This document shows, piece by piece, positions 21,914 to 31,813 of a stretch of DNA of 64,000 nucleotides. Numbering within the stretch: the stretch's first letter is position 1; the number at the start of each line of letters is the position of its first letter. Origin of the DNA: a virus (lineage: Duplodnaviria; Heunggongvirae; Uroviricota; Caudoviricetes). Position numbers and translations under genes: made by a program. The stretch covers positions 1 to 64,000 of the IMG/VR virus record IMGVR_UViG_2609460060_000003; one strand, given 5' to 3'. A model generated the notes under the pieces. It was not told where the DNA came from and made no database searches. It worked only from the letters and a program-made list of their open reading frames with translations.

Positions 21914-24900
21914 TCAACTCTCGCGTAGTCATTCATCAACGGATCATCAATTGACAGTGGCACCGTGCGCATAACGCCCGGTTGAGGCGTGCTGACCTTT
22001 ACGACAGTTCCCTGGCCTTTCGCCGAGTCTTTAGTGTGCTCTTCAATCCTGGCAAGCAATGAGGTCATCTGCGCAAACAGCCGCTTCGTTTCACCATCAA
22101 GTGAAACGGTATTATCAGCCAACTGCATTGTCGGCTTGGCACCGGAGCCGCCAAGGTCACTAATAACCTGTCCGTCTATCTGCATACGACCGGTTGGTTG
22201 CTGCAAATCGTTGGCGGCAGTCGTCACCTGGGACGTGGAGGCTGGTTCAGGAGAATTATTTGAGCGCATTCCCCGGGCATTAATGAGTTTGTCATACAGT
22301 CCATCAATCCCCATTTGTGCGCCGAGCTGGTCAAAGTAACTTGAGTTGTTGGCCACCGGACGTGCCTCTTCAACTGGCATAGGTGTATCAACATACACAT
22401 TGCCAGCAGCCGTTGCGGTCCCCTTCCCTCGTGCACGTTCTTCGAGCGTTCCCTGAACAACTTCCCGACGCATCCCCCGGCCATTCAGGAATTTGCTGGC
22501 CAGATCGTTCACCCCCGTAAGTTCACCAATCCGGTCTACTAATCCCCCTTTTTCAAACGGGTTTTCGCCAGGGGTAAACGCCAGGCCCGTAGACTGATCA
22601 ACAAAGGCGTTTTCAGGAAGGTTATCCATTCTTGGTGATTGGCCACTTTGTTGCGGTCTTCCTCCTTGTGTTCCTGCTCTAGGTGTATAGATTTCACCAC
22701 CTAAATAGCGAGCACGATGAGTATTGACCTTGATCGCGTACTCACGGTTTTCTTTCGATAAGTCACCTGTGCCTTTTTTCCACTTATTAATAGTGCCAAA
22801 CCCAGCGTTATATGCAGTGATGGCCTCGTTTAAGTCTCCATTGGCTTGCTTCAGATACTTGCTCATGAGAAGAGCCGCAGCTTCTGCCGATTTTTCCGGA
22901 TTAAAAGAATCTTCCCGGGATAATCCAGTTTCCTCACGAGCAACGCGCGTAAACTGGAACATCCCGAGTGCGCCACCACTTAACTTTCCATCTGGTGATC
23001 TTGTAAGCGGAGACTTTGCGTTAGGATCCCCTCCTGATTCAGTTGCAGCAATCGCGTAAAGAGTGCCTTCAGGAAGACCATATTTATTCTCTAGTTCAGC
23101 AAAATACGGAGCTAACTTATCGAGATTTGCCTTACCTTCAGCGCCAAGGCTTCCGACTTTTACATCTAAGTTGCCATTATTGTAGGTATCAGCAGCTTTC
23201 TGAATGTCATTCCCAGTGCCGGTGGTATTACGCGACGATGATGACGAGCTATTTTGTCCAATAGCTGAATCAATTTTCCGCACCGCGCTATTGCCCATTT
23301 CTACGGCATTTGCATTGATAATCTGATTGGCAGTTTCTTTAACTGTTTTATTGCTATCTTTCGCCGTGTCCAGTGCCGCATTTATCACGCGGGTAGCAAT
23401 ATTAGTCTGTTTAGCATCGGATTCAGTTTTAGAATCAGATGTCTCCTGGTGGCTATTAACCGGAGCTTTTAACTCTGGAGTGATTTCTTTTGCATTAGCC
23501 TCGCCGATCGGATTGGGTATTTTTGATACAATCATTGCCGCAGGGGTATTTTTAACGGCATCAACCGCTGCATCTAATGCTTTACCGGGTAAATTTTTAA
23601 CCCCATCCCAAATATTACCAGCCGCCTCTTTAATGTGTTTCCCTGGGTTCTTAATGAAGTCAATTGCACTATCAATTGCATCACTGAAAACCTGTTTCAG
23701 GTTATCGACAGTAAAGAAGTCTTTGATGGCATCCAGCTTTTCAAGCAACTTATTAGATGTATCGCTAAACCATGCTGAAACAGCATCACCAATCTTTGCT
23801 GTGTAATCATCGAACTTGGTAGAAATGGTGTCGCCAAGGTTAGAAATATATGTTTCTAAGTTGGTAACCCCGCTATCAATGGCCTGGGCAATACTTTCCG
23901 TCGAAAATGATTGCAACATATTGCCGATATCCTCAAATCCAAGTGATTTGAGAACATCACCAATAGCACTGCTAATACCAGATACCAGTCCCCCCAAATC
24001 AAGAACATTGGCTAACGTATAAGCGGCTTTTTGCTGGAATGATGGATCTTGTCCTGATTTAAGCCCAAACGCTCGACGTTGCGCTTCTGTATCATTCCAA
24101 CCGGTTACCGCATCATAAATACCTCCAGCCACTGTGCCGACTAGGGGAATTGCGCGTAACGCCCCTTTACCAACTGCCTTTAATCCAAGTTTACCTGCTG
24201 CCCGGGCAGCCAAATCTCCGCCTTCATGGGCGAGAGTCTTCTTGCCCCCACCGCGTAGCATTCCTACGAGTCTCTTTGCCCCCAGAGCGCCAAAAGCGAG
24301 TGCTCCAGCTTTTTTCAGCATGCCACGCCCCATTAACAACGACGCGACGCCACCGGCCCCCTTCCCTAACAGGCTAAATAGTTTAGACAGCAAGCCGCCC
24401 TTCTTTTTCCCGGTGTTTTTGGCTATCTGATCAAGGGCGCTGAGAATCTTGTCATTGCCCTCTTTAATTTCGCTGGTCTGCTCCTGAAGTTCCTGAACCG
24501 TCCGTTTTTGGGTGTTAACCTGAACGACATCGGCACTATTTTGCGATTTACGCCTAAAAAAACCTTTTCTACGGCTGTTATCGTCATTGCCACGAATCAC
24601 ATCGGCAATAGACTTTCTGGCACCATTAAGCGATCCACCAACTTCTTTTGATATCCCGCCAAGCTCCTTCCCTGCTGCCCACAATGGACCAGCAACGGCA
24701 TAACCTAACGCATCAACGGCACGAGTCTCTGAAGGGTTACCTATGCCTTCAGCTACTTTTGACAGTTTTTTTAATAAACCTGATTCAGCATTTAGACGCT
24801 CATCATCCTCTTTGCGCCTGGCCTTTTCAGCACGTTCAGCACGGGCATCTTCCGCTGCGGCCTTACTCCCTGACTTTCCAATAAAACGACCACGCGCATC

Positions 24901-25644
24901 GCGTTGGTTTTGGCTTTTTTGCGCACCGCCTTTTTGATCGAACATTTCGCGAGCGTGTTCGGCTGCTTCGGTCCGTTGTGCCTTTATATCCTCTGGTATA
25001 GCCTTCCTGCGTCGTTTTTTACCCTTTGGTGTAGTTGATTTGGCCTGCTGTTCCTGTTGAGCAATGCCCTCCTGAACTACACGAGAAACGTCCCCTAAAT
25101 TAAGCCGTTTCATTGCGTCAACAATAGGGTCTACTGATGGCGCATTGGCCACAAAGTCTGGCCGGGAATTTTCGATTGTTCGATTTAATGCCGACACACT
25201 GCGAGATACTGGGTCAACCGTTGCAACGCGTTCCCCTTTCAAATCACGAGCGAGTTTAACCGTTTCTAACCGCTGTGCTTTAACATCCTCTGTTATTGCC
25301 TCTCTTCGTCTATTTGGGGGATTGTGCGCTGTTGGTGCAGCCTGCTGTGCACGGTTAGTGACTTTGTCCTCCCGTATACGAGAAACGTCCCCTAAATTAA
25401 GCCGTTTTATTGCGTCAACAATAGGGTCCACTGATGGCGCATTGGTCACAAAGTCAGGACGTGAATTTTCGATTGTGCGATTTAATGCCGACACACTGCG
25501 AGAGACAGGATCAACAGTTGCAACTCGTTCCCCTTTCAAATCTTCAACAGCTTCCCGAATACCTGCAAGCTCTTCCAGCTCTTTCGCGCTGGCGGTTTCA
25601 ACTGTCCTTATAACATCGTCAATATTGGCGTTTTTTCTTTCCAT
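21910..25644 (-). CDS. sit: Tape-measure-like structural protein with lytic transglycosylase domain (Sit-like)
   Basis: 1244 aa; internal duplicated segment (VATVDPVSRSVSALNRTIENSRPDF twice); SLT-like motif ATESGGDPNAKS...GALGMFQF; Gly/Ala-rich segments. Confidence 0.8.
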   Translation of the reverse strand: MERKNANIDDVIRTVETASAKELEELAGIREAVEDLKGERVATVDPVSRSVSALNRTIENSRPDFVTNAPSVDPIVDAIKRLNLGDVSRIREDKVTNRAQQAAPTAHNPPNRRREAITEDVKAQRLETVKLARDLKGERVATVDPVSRSVSALNRTIENSRPDFVANAPSVDPIVDAMKRLNLGDVSRVVQEGIAQQEQQAKSTTPKGKKRRRKAIPEDIKAQRTEAAEHAREMFDQKGGAQKSQNQRDARGRFIGKSGSKAAAEDARAERAEKARRKEDDERLNAESGLLKKLSKVAEGIGNPSETRAVDALGYAVAGPLWAAGKELGGISKEVGGSLNGARKSIADVIRGNDDNSRRKGFFRRKSQNSADVVQVNTQKRTVQELQEQTSEIKEGNDKILSALDQIAKNTGKKKGGLLSKLFSLLGKGAGGVASLLMGRGMLKKAGALAFGALGAKRLVGMLRGGGKKTLAHEGGDLAARAAGKLGLKAVGKGALRAIPLVGTVAGGIYDAVTGWNDTEAQRRAFGLKSGQDPSFQQKAAYTLANVLDLGGLVSGISSAIGDVLKSLGFEDIGNMLQSFSTESIAQAIDSGVTNLETYISNLGDTISTKFDDYTAKIGDAVSAWFSDTSNKLLEKLDAIKDFFTVDNLKQVFSDAIDSAIDFIKNPGKHIKEAAGNIWDGVKNLPGKALDAAVDAVKNTPAAMIVSKIPNPIGEANAKEITPELKAPVNSHQETSDSKTESDAKQTNIATRVINAALDTAKDSNKTVKETANQIINANAVEMGNSAVRKIDSAIGQNSSSSSSRNTTGTGNDIQKAADTYNNGNLDVKVGSLGAEGKANLDKLAPYFAELENKYGLPEGTLYAIAATESGGDPNAKSPLTRSPDGKLSGGALGMFQFTRVAREETGLSREDSFNPEKSAEAAALLMSKYLKQANGDLNEAITAYNAGFGTINKWKKGTGDLSKENREYAIKVNTHRARYLGGEIYTPRAGTQGGRPQQSGQSPRMDNLPENAFVDQSTGLAFTPGENPFEKGGLVDRIGELTGVNDLASKFLNGRGMRREVVQGTLEERARGKGTATAAGNVYVDTPMPVEEARPVANNSSYFDQLGAQMGIDGLYDKLINARGMRSNNSPEPASTSQVTTAANDLQQPTGRMQIDGQVISDLGGSGAKPTMQLADNTVSLDGETKRLFAQMTSLLARIEEHTKDSAKGQGTVVKVSTPQPGVMRTVPLSIDDPLMNDYARVD

Positions 25645-25725
25645 GATCTTATCGCCTACCGTTTCGGTTTAAGTTTTTCTTCCAGTTTCTCCAACAGGAA
25701 AAACGCATAGGATTCAGTAAGCCTT

Positions 25726-26607
25726 TCAGCGTCCTGAATCGGTATACCCCCATACAAAACCAGGTTGGACACTAAGGTCTGATAGCTTTTCAATCCCCAC
25801 CTGTGGAATGAAGTCGGTAGCCCGAAAGGGCACCCACAGACGGGTATATGCACCCTCTGTGGACTCCTTTTTATCCTGATTTGGGCATTTATGCGGCGGG
25901 AGACGAAGACGCATTTCACCTTTATCGATGTAGCACGGTAAACCATGTTCGAGCTTTTCATGAGCCAGTCGGATGTGTGCCGCCAGCTTCATAAATTCAG
26001 TATCAATGGCCATCCGTTTAATCGTTTCATAACGACGCTCAGCCTGATCTTCACGAGTACCGCTAACATCGTTATAAAGCTCACACTGATAAGCGAATTC
26101 CCAAAAACGCAAATCAACGATCGCTTCTTTGAATTCCGCGTCGTCTTCAGGTGGCAATGCTGCACGGCGCATCTCCAGCATTTCCATTGCCCAACCATCA
26201 AGCGGCACGATACGCCATTGATAAGGTACTCCCTCTACAGACACCTCAATATCGTCAATGAAAGGTTCCACTTCCAGGACCTGGATATCTTCAGCCAGAG
26301 CATTCATATCGCAATCGTAATAATGCTCTTTACCGCAATGTTTACAGGTGTAGGTGAATGTCTCGACCGGTGTTTCACGGGAGCCGGTAAATATCCACCA
26401 TAACGCGGTAATCCGGTCCTGCGCCGTCCATGTCAGGGGATCATGTTTCGCGGGTTCAGCAAGCAAGGCTTTTAAATACGCCGTTGTCTGTTGTTCTTGT
26501 TCCTCCGGTGTTATCGAGTTGAAACGCATCGCATCAGCAATATTTGGCTGACGGAACTGGATCAATTCAGTTGGCCGCGATGGTAGCGGGAAAAGAGGTA
26601 AAAGCAT
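25726..26607 (-). CDS. Tail assembly protein upstream of sit; 3' end overlapped by a second ORF in another frame
   Basis: 293 aa ORF; ORF 25656..25961 in the +1 frame ends 12 nt before the sit start. Confidence 0.4.
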   Translation of the reverse strand: MLLPLFPLPSRPTELIQFRQPNIADAMRFNSITPEEQEQQTTAYLKALLAEPAKHDPLTWTAQDRITALWWIFTGSRETPVETFTYTCKHCGKEHYYDCDMNALAEDIQVLEVEPFIDDIEVSVEGVPYQWRIVPLDGWAMEMLEMRRAALPPEDDAEFKEAIVDLRFWEFAYQCELYNDVSGTREDQAERRYETIKRMAIDTEFMKLAAHIRLAHEKLEHGLPCYIDKGEMRLRLPPHKCPNQDKKESTEGAYTRLWVPFRATDFIPQVGIEKLSDLSVQPGFVWGYTDSGR

Positions 26608-26621
26608 CCTTGCTCCTTAAT

Positions 26622-27233
26622 TCAAAGAGAAAAGCTAAAGCCCAGAAGGGAAGCCAAAGAACTTGAGGATTGGTTAAACGTGCTGTGCAATGCGAAGGTC
26701 ATTGGGAATGACTTAAATTCAGTAACCTGATCTCGCGCATAGGTGACATCGCCGGTAGTGACCGGGAATACCGTCATCTCATTTTCCAGTTTGGTTAAGC
26801 CGGAAGACAGCAACCGATAAATACGCACATTGAGCAAATATTTAGACGGTATATTCCCGGTACCGTCCGGATTGATCACCCGACTTTTTGCCGTCTTAAA
26901 CCAGTCCAAAACGAGGCCATCAACGGTATCCCTGACCATCATTGTTATCTGCCCAGGCGAACGCTCCGTTGGTTGAAGGATATTCCCTCCGCCGATTTTA
27001 ATCGTTTCATATTCGATGCTGTAATCGTGGTAGGTAATGTCTTTGGCAAAGAAGTCTGCCCCCTCCAGTCCATCAACTTCGACAGAGAACTGCCATCCTT
27101 GCGCGAACAGCATTTTGTTCATGATGATTGACGTCAGCTTACCAACTTCCCGCTCACCAACGCCGGAGCCAAATAATGTCGTCGTTAATGCCGAAGATAC
27201 ATAAGACTTTACTGAAGCAACATTAAGCCCCAT
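26622..27233 (-). CDS. Tail tube / baseplate structural protein
   Basis: 203 aa in the tail block. Confidence 0.4.
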   Translation of the reverse strand: MGLNVASVKSYVSSALTTTLFGSGVGEREVGKLTSIIMNKMLFAQGWQFSVEVDGLEGADFFAKDITYHDYSIEYETIKIGGGNILQPTERSPGQITMMVRDTVDGLVLDWFKTAKSRVINPDGTGNIPSKYLLNVRIYRLLSSGLTKLENEMTVFPVTTGDVTYARDQVTEFKSFPMTFALHSTFNQSSSSLASLLGFSFSL

Positions 27234-27243
27234 ATCAGCCCCC

Positions 27244-27834
<591 letters not shown>

Positions 27835-27890
27835 TTAACAGATTCTACGAGTTGTCATTTGTGACAGTATGCTCGCAATCGTAGTGATTA

Positions 27891-28430
27891 CTACCACCAA
27901 CTGCTAGCTTTCTTCTCTCTAGCTTTTCCTTCGCTTTGCAGTAAATCTTTACTTCCTGTAGAAATATTTCTATTTGCATCAGCCTCAGACTGAATTACAT
28001 CTGTCTTAGCTGCTCTCTCCTTCAACTCCTGCTCTATAAAATCGTTTTCTCGCTGGACACGAGCCGCTTTTGCTTGCAGTTCGAGTTTCATGCTTTCGAG
28101 TTGCAGCTTGCGAAGCTCATCCTCATAAGCTTGATCTCGCTTCTTGTCATTTGCTAGCTCGGCTTCTCGTTTCGCTCTACGTTCATTTTCTGCAGCAACA
28201 CGCTGTTTTTCGCGTGCAGCAGCGGCAGATGCTGCTTTTTCTCTTCTAATACGTTCAGCTTGTGCTTGTTGGCGAATAAGTTCTTTTCTGGCATCCTCAG
28301 CTTGCTGCTCTTTAGCTCGCCCTTCATTTTCCGCTTGAGCAATAGCAGCAATTTGACTTTGCAACGAGTTAGCCAAGGCAGTGCCTACACTAAACGTAGA
28401 AAAGATTAGAAATAAAATAATTTTATTCAT
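27891..28430 (-). CDS. Secreted Ala/Glu/Arg/Lys-rich alpha-helical protein (TolA domain II-like); candidate superinfection exclusion factor
   Basis: Signal peptide MNKIILFLIFSTFSVGTALA; mature part is charged repetitive coiled coil. Confidence 0.5.
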   Translation of the reverse strand: MNKIILFLIFSTFSVGTALANSLQSQIAAIAQAENEGRAKEQQAEDARKELIRQQAQAERIRREKAASAAAAREKQRVAAENERRAKREAELANDKKRDQAYEDELRKLQLESMKLELQAKAARVQRENDFIEQELKERAAKTDVIQSEADANRNISTGSKDLLQSEGKAREKKASSWW

Positions 28431-28433
28431 AAA

Positions 28434-28955
28434 TTATTTCTTTTCTGGACAAGTAGCATTTGGCTGAATTCGAGTTTCATTATCTTTAGTTGAAATAAGC
28501 ACAGCAAGCCCCGTTGTAAACTGGCATGCTTTACCAACTTGAGTTGAAGTGAACACCTTAGTTCCTTCTTTATAAGTCAGTGAAACACCTTCAACAATTG
28601 TTTTATCACTAACCAAAGAACCAGCCGCTGCACCAAGAGCCGCACCACCAGTACCGCCAGCTACAGCACCCAGTGTCGATGTGCCTTTAACATTATAACC
28701 GGCAACGCCCCCAGCAACAGCTCCCAGTACCGCACCAAATGTCTGTGCCGCTTCTTTATTAGCTTTATTATCAACTTTCACTTTAGCTGGAAGCACAGAG
28801 ATAATATTGACTGTCTTTGTTTCCTGCTTCGAATTCAATTGAGCGGTATCATAAACATCGGCAGCATAATCAGCACCGCTAGATTGACACCCAGAAAGAA
28901 GAATTGCAGATACAACAAGAGCGCATAAAGTATACTTTTTAGACATAAGAATCAT
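28434..28955 (-). CDS. Glycine-zipper outer-membrane lipoprotein (SlyB/Pcp-like)
   Basis: Lipobox LLSGC; GAVLGAVAGGVAGY...GAVAGGTGGAALGAAAG glycine zipper. Confidence 0.6.
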   Translation of the reverse strand: MILMSKKYTLCALVVSAILLSGCQSSGADYAADVYDTAQLNSKQETKTVNIISVLPAKVKVDNKANKEAAQTFGAVLGAVAGGVAGYNVKGTSTLGAVAGGTGGAALGAAAGSLVSDKTIVEGVSLTYKEGTKVFTSTQVGKACQFTTGLAVLISTKDNETRIQPNATCPEKK

Positions 28956-29236
28956 CCCAGAAAAACAAAAACCGGCGAGAAGTTACCACGAGAACGGAAA
29001 GTAAACAAGAATACTCCCATTGACTTATATCAATTAATCAACTTTTTATAAGCTATCCCTAACTTATTGTGTATAGCTGAAAAGTCAGAGACAAGTTCAC
29101 CATCTGCATTATTTCTTAAGTTAATAGTTTATTGCTAACTTAATTTATGCATCGACTATTGATATCCATCTTAAAGTTACAATATCCCTCTGCATTATTT
29201 TTCATCACAAATAATATATCTATTGCACGACACTAA

Positions 29237-29253
29237 TCTGCTCTAATAAATTT
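29237..29253. promoter_or_regulatory. C1 operator-like site upstream of the c4/icd/ant promoter
   Basis: TCTGCTCTAATAAATTT, 15/17 match to the operator consensus. Confidence 0.5.
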
Positions 29254-29291
29254 GTATTTTTAAGTCGCGAATGCTATCTTTTCGCATCATA

Positions 29292-29320
29292 TTGACCTTT
29301 TAATCGTTCAGGCTTATAGT
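29292..29320 (+). promoter_or_regulatory. Sigma-70 promoter of the immI (c4-icd-ant) transcript
   Basis: TTGACC, 17-bp spacer, TATAGT. Confidence 0.6.
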
Positions 29321-29439
29321 TTCGCCGTCGTAGCAAATTCTGCGACCGGGTTTAGCAGCCTGAATGATTGTGCGGACAGCCGCAGATATCCGATATTGCG
29401 GTATTTTTGTGTCCGTAAAACCGCGTTACGCCCAAATTA

Positions 29440-29515
29440 TGGTGGGGCGTGATGGGGAGGCTTCGGCCTGCTGGTTTCACAATCGCCAGTCTGCTAACCC
29501 CGTCACGTCCTGCCA
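29440..29515 (+). ncRNA. c4: c4-type antisense repressor RNA (approximate boundaries)
   Basis: Contains CACAATC and CTGCTAA, complementary to the motif GTTTAGCAGC...GATTGTG that occurs upstream (29350-29372) and again over the icd RBS (29519-29556). Confidence 0.5.
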
Positions 29516-29567
29516 CCTGTTTAGCAGCGGGTAGCAGGTTGTTAAACCTGATTGTGAGGCCGTAACT

Positions 29568-29789
29568 ATGGTTAATGCCAATCCTTGCGCACGCCAAGAA
29601 TTCATCTGGCGTTTCTATTCCTGCAAAAAACACCACTATCACTTCGTCATCGCAGCAACAGAAGACGAAGCACGCTCTCAATTGCCTGATGGCCCCTGCA
29701 TTTTTACTGCCCGTTTTTCAACTAACTCGCGCAATTCACTTAGTTACTGGAACCTCCCCTTCTCTGCCGACGTTCAGGGGGGTTTATGA
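29568..29789 (+). CDS. icd: Icd-like small protein
   Basis: 73 aa; its RBS (GAGG) lies inside the c4 target motif; position matches P1 icd. Confidence 0.55.
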   Translation: MVNANPCARQEFIWRFYSCKKHHYHFVIAATEDEARSQLPDGPCIFTARFSTNSRNSLSYWNLPFSADVQGGL

Positions 29790-29980
29790 AAAAACCTCTC
29801 GTCACCCGTAATGAAATAGCCGAAGCGATCGCCCTGCATACAACCTGTATGCCGACACGGGAGATCCCCGGCGCAATTGCCAACTATTTCATGATAACCA
29901 GGCGTTTTTATACCCGAACAGATAAGGCTGTGATCAACAAGCTACTGATAGCCGAGATCAGGGATTATTTGATTGAATAA
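29786..29980 (+). CDS. Hypothetical protein translationally coupled to icd
   Basis: ATG overlaps the icd stop (ATGA); 64 aa. Confidence 0.35.
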   Translation: MKKPLVTRNEIAEAIALHTTCMPTREIPGAIANYFMITRRFYTRTDKAVINKLLIAEIRDYLIE

Positions 29981-30034
29981 GGACGTCTACGTTACGCAAC
30001 AGTGGCAGCAGAAATAAGAAAGGAGGCACATAGA

Positions 30035-30820
30035 ATGACCGGTAAAAATTTGAATATTGAAAAACCAGCACCTGTTGCTTCAGCTACGCCAGCACCAGCC
30101 GTGAATGTCATCCCCAACATCGGAGACACAATCGACAGCCAAACATTGTTGAAGATGGTCAATGAGGCACGGAAATTATGTAGCGAAAAACCAGTTCGCA
30201 ACAATGATTTCATTGCCAGAGTTAAGGATGAGCTTGAAGGAGAAACCTACGAAATTTTCGTAGGTCAAAAAAACGGCGCAGAAATAGATATTATAACCAT
30301 GACCTACAAACAAGCCCTGCGAGTTGCCGCGCGCGAGTCAAAAGCGGTCCGCCGTTCGCTGATCGACAAACTGGAAGAATTACAGCAGGCAAACTCCCCT
30401 ACCCCATCGATCCCCCAGACATTACCAGAAGCCCTACGCCTGGCTGCCGAGTTAGCAGAACAGAAAATGCAGTTGGAACAACAGCTGGTGGCCGCAGCCC
30501 CTAAAGTCGATTTTGCCGACCGGGTATCAGTGGCCAATGGAATCCTGATCGGGAACTTTGCAAAGGTCGTTGGACTTAAGCAAAACGCCCTTTTCTCATG
30601 GTTGCGCCAGAACGGCATTCTCATGGCTTTTGGTGCGCGCAAAAACGTACCGCGCCAGCAGTACATTAACGCCGGGTATTTCACGGTGAAAGAAGTGGTG
30701 CTGGATGATGAAAATGGCTACCAGATACGGCTGACGCCCCAATTAACGGGTAAAGGCCAGCAGTGGTTAACTCGCAAGCTACTTGATGCTGGTTTGTTAA
30801 AACCAGTAGCAATAGGTTAA
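30035..30820 (+). CDS. Antirepressor (Ant-like, KilAC-type C-terminal domain)
   Basis: ATG 30035 with AGGAGG RBS; the C-terminal ~130 aa are paralogous to the C-terminus of the downstream KilA-like protein. Confidence 0.7.
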   Translation: MTGKNLNIEKPAPVASATPAPAVNVIPNIGDTIDSQTLLKMVNEARKLCSEKPVRNNDFIARVKDELEGETYEIFVGQKNGAEIDIITMTYKQALRVAARESKAVRRSLIDKLEELQQANSPTPSIPQTLPEALRLAAELAEQKMQLEQQLVAAAPKVDFADRVSVANGILIGNFAKVVGLKQNALFSWLRQNGILMAFGARKNVPRQQYINAGYFTVKEVVLDDENGYQIRLTPQLTGKGQQWLTRKLLDAGLLKPVAIG

Positions 30821-30897
30821 CAAAAGAAAAAACCTGCCAGCAAACTGGCAGGTTTCTGAGCAGATCGACCAACCCGATCTGGATCGAGTCAGAAAAA

Positions 30898-30914
30898 TTT
30901 GCTCTAATAAATTT
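30898..30914. promoter_or_regulatory. C1 operator-like site upstream of kilA
   Basis: TTTGCTCTAATAAATTT, 16/17 match. Confidence 0.55.
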
Positions 30915-30983
30915 CGTTTTCTAAGTGCAAAGAATCACCATTTCGAGCTGGTGATTGAAGGTTGATGCAAATTTGGAGAAAAA

Positions 30984-31784
30984 ATGCAACAAACATTCAA
31001 TGCGGATATGAATATATCAAACCTTCATCAAAATGTCGATCCTTCAACCACTCTGCCTGTTATTTGTGGTGTTGAAATTACGACCGACCGCGCTGGCCGT
31101 TACAACCTTAATGCTCTACACAGAGCGAGCGGACTCGGTGCCCATAAAGCGCCAGCTCAATGGCTAAGAACGCTGTCAGCCAAACAGCTCATCGAAGAGC
31201 TTGAAAAAGAAACTATGCAGAATTGCATAGTTTCGTTCGAAGGCCGTGGCGGCGGCACTTTTGCCCATGAATTGCTCGCAGTGGAGTACGCAGGTTGGAT
31301 TTCTCCCGCGTTTCGGCTGAAGGTAAACCAGACATTTATCGACTATCGAGCTGGAAGATTACAACCTGCTATTCCGCAGAGCCTCCCAGAAGCTCTCCGT
31401 TTGGCTGCTGACCTGGCAGAGCAAAAGCAACGGCTGGAGCAAAAAATGCTGATGGATGCACCTAAAGTCGAATTCGCCGAACGCGTTGCTACCGCCAGCG
31501 GGGTTCTAATCGGCAACTATGCCAAAGTGCTCGGCCTGGGCCAAAACTATCTCTTCACCTGGTTGCGTGATAACGGAATTCTGATCGCAACCGGTGAACG
31601 CAGGAACGTCCCCAAACAAGAATACATATCCCGTGGGTATTTCACCCTTAAAGAAACCGTGATCGATACAAGCAATGGAAGCAGGATTTCTTTCACGACT
31701 CGTATAACCGGCAAAGGTCAGCAGTGGCTGATGAAGCGATTGCTTGATGCTGGTGTGCTGGTACCTGTCGCGGCAACGCGCTAA
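30984..31784 (+). CDS. kilA: KilA-like protein (KilA-N domain plus KilAC-type C-terminal domain)
   Basis: 266 aa; N-terminal region with the KilA-N pattern, C-terminal antirepressor-like domain; followed by repL. Confidence 0.7.
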   Translation: MQQTFNADMNISNLHQNVDPSTTLPVICGVEITTDRAGRYNLNALHRASGLGAHKAPAQWLRTLSAKQLIEELEKETMQNCIVSFEGRGGGTFAHELLAVEYAGWISPAFRLKVNQTFIDYRAGRLQPAIPQSLPEALRLAADLAEQKQRLEQKMLMDAPKVEFAERVATASGVLIGNYAKVLGLGQNYLFTWLRDNGILIATGERRNVPKQEYISRGYFTLKETVIDTSNGSRISFTTRITGKGQQWLMKRLLDAGVLVPVAATR

Positions 31785-31813
31785 CAGACGTAGTAAGAAC
31801 CACCAGCATTGTA

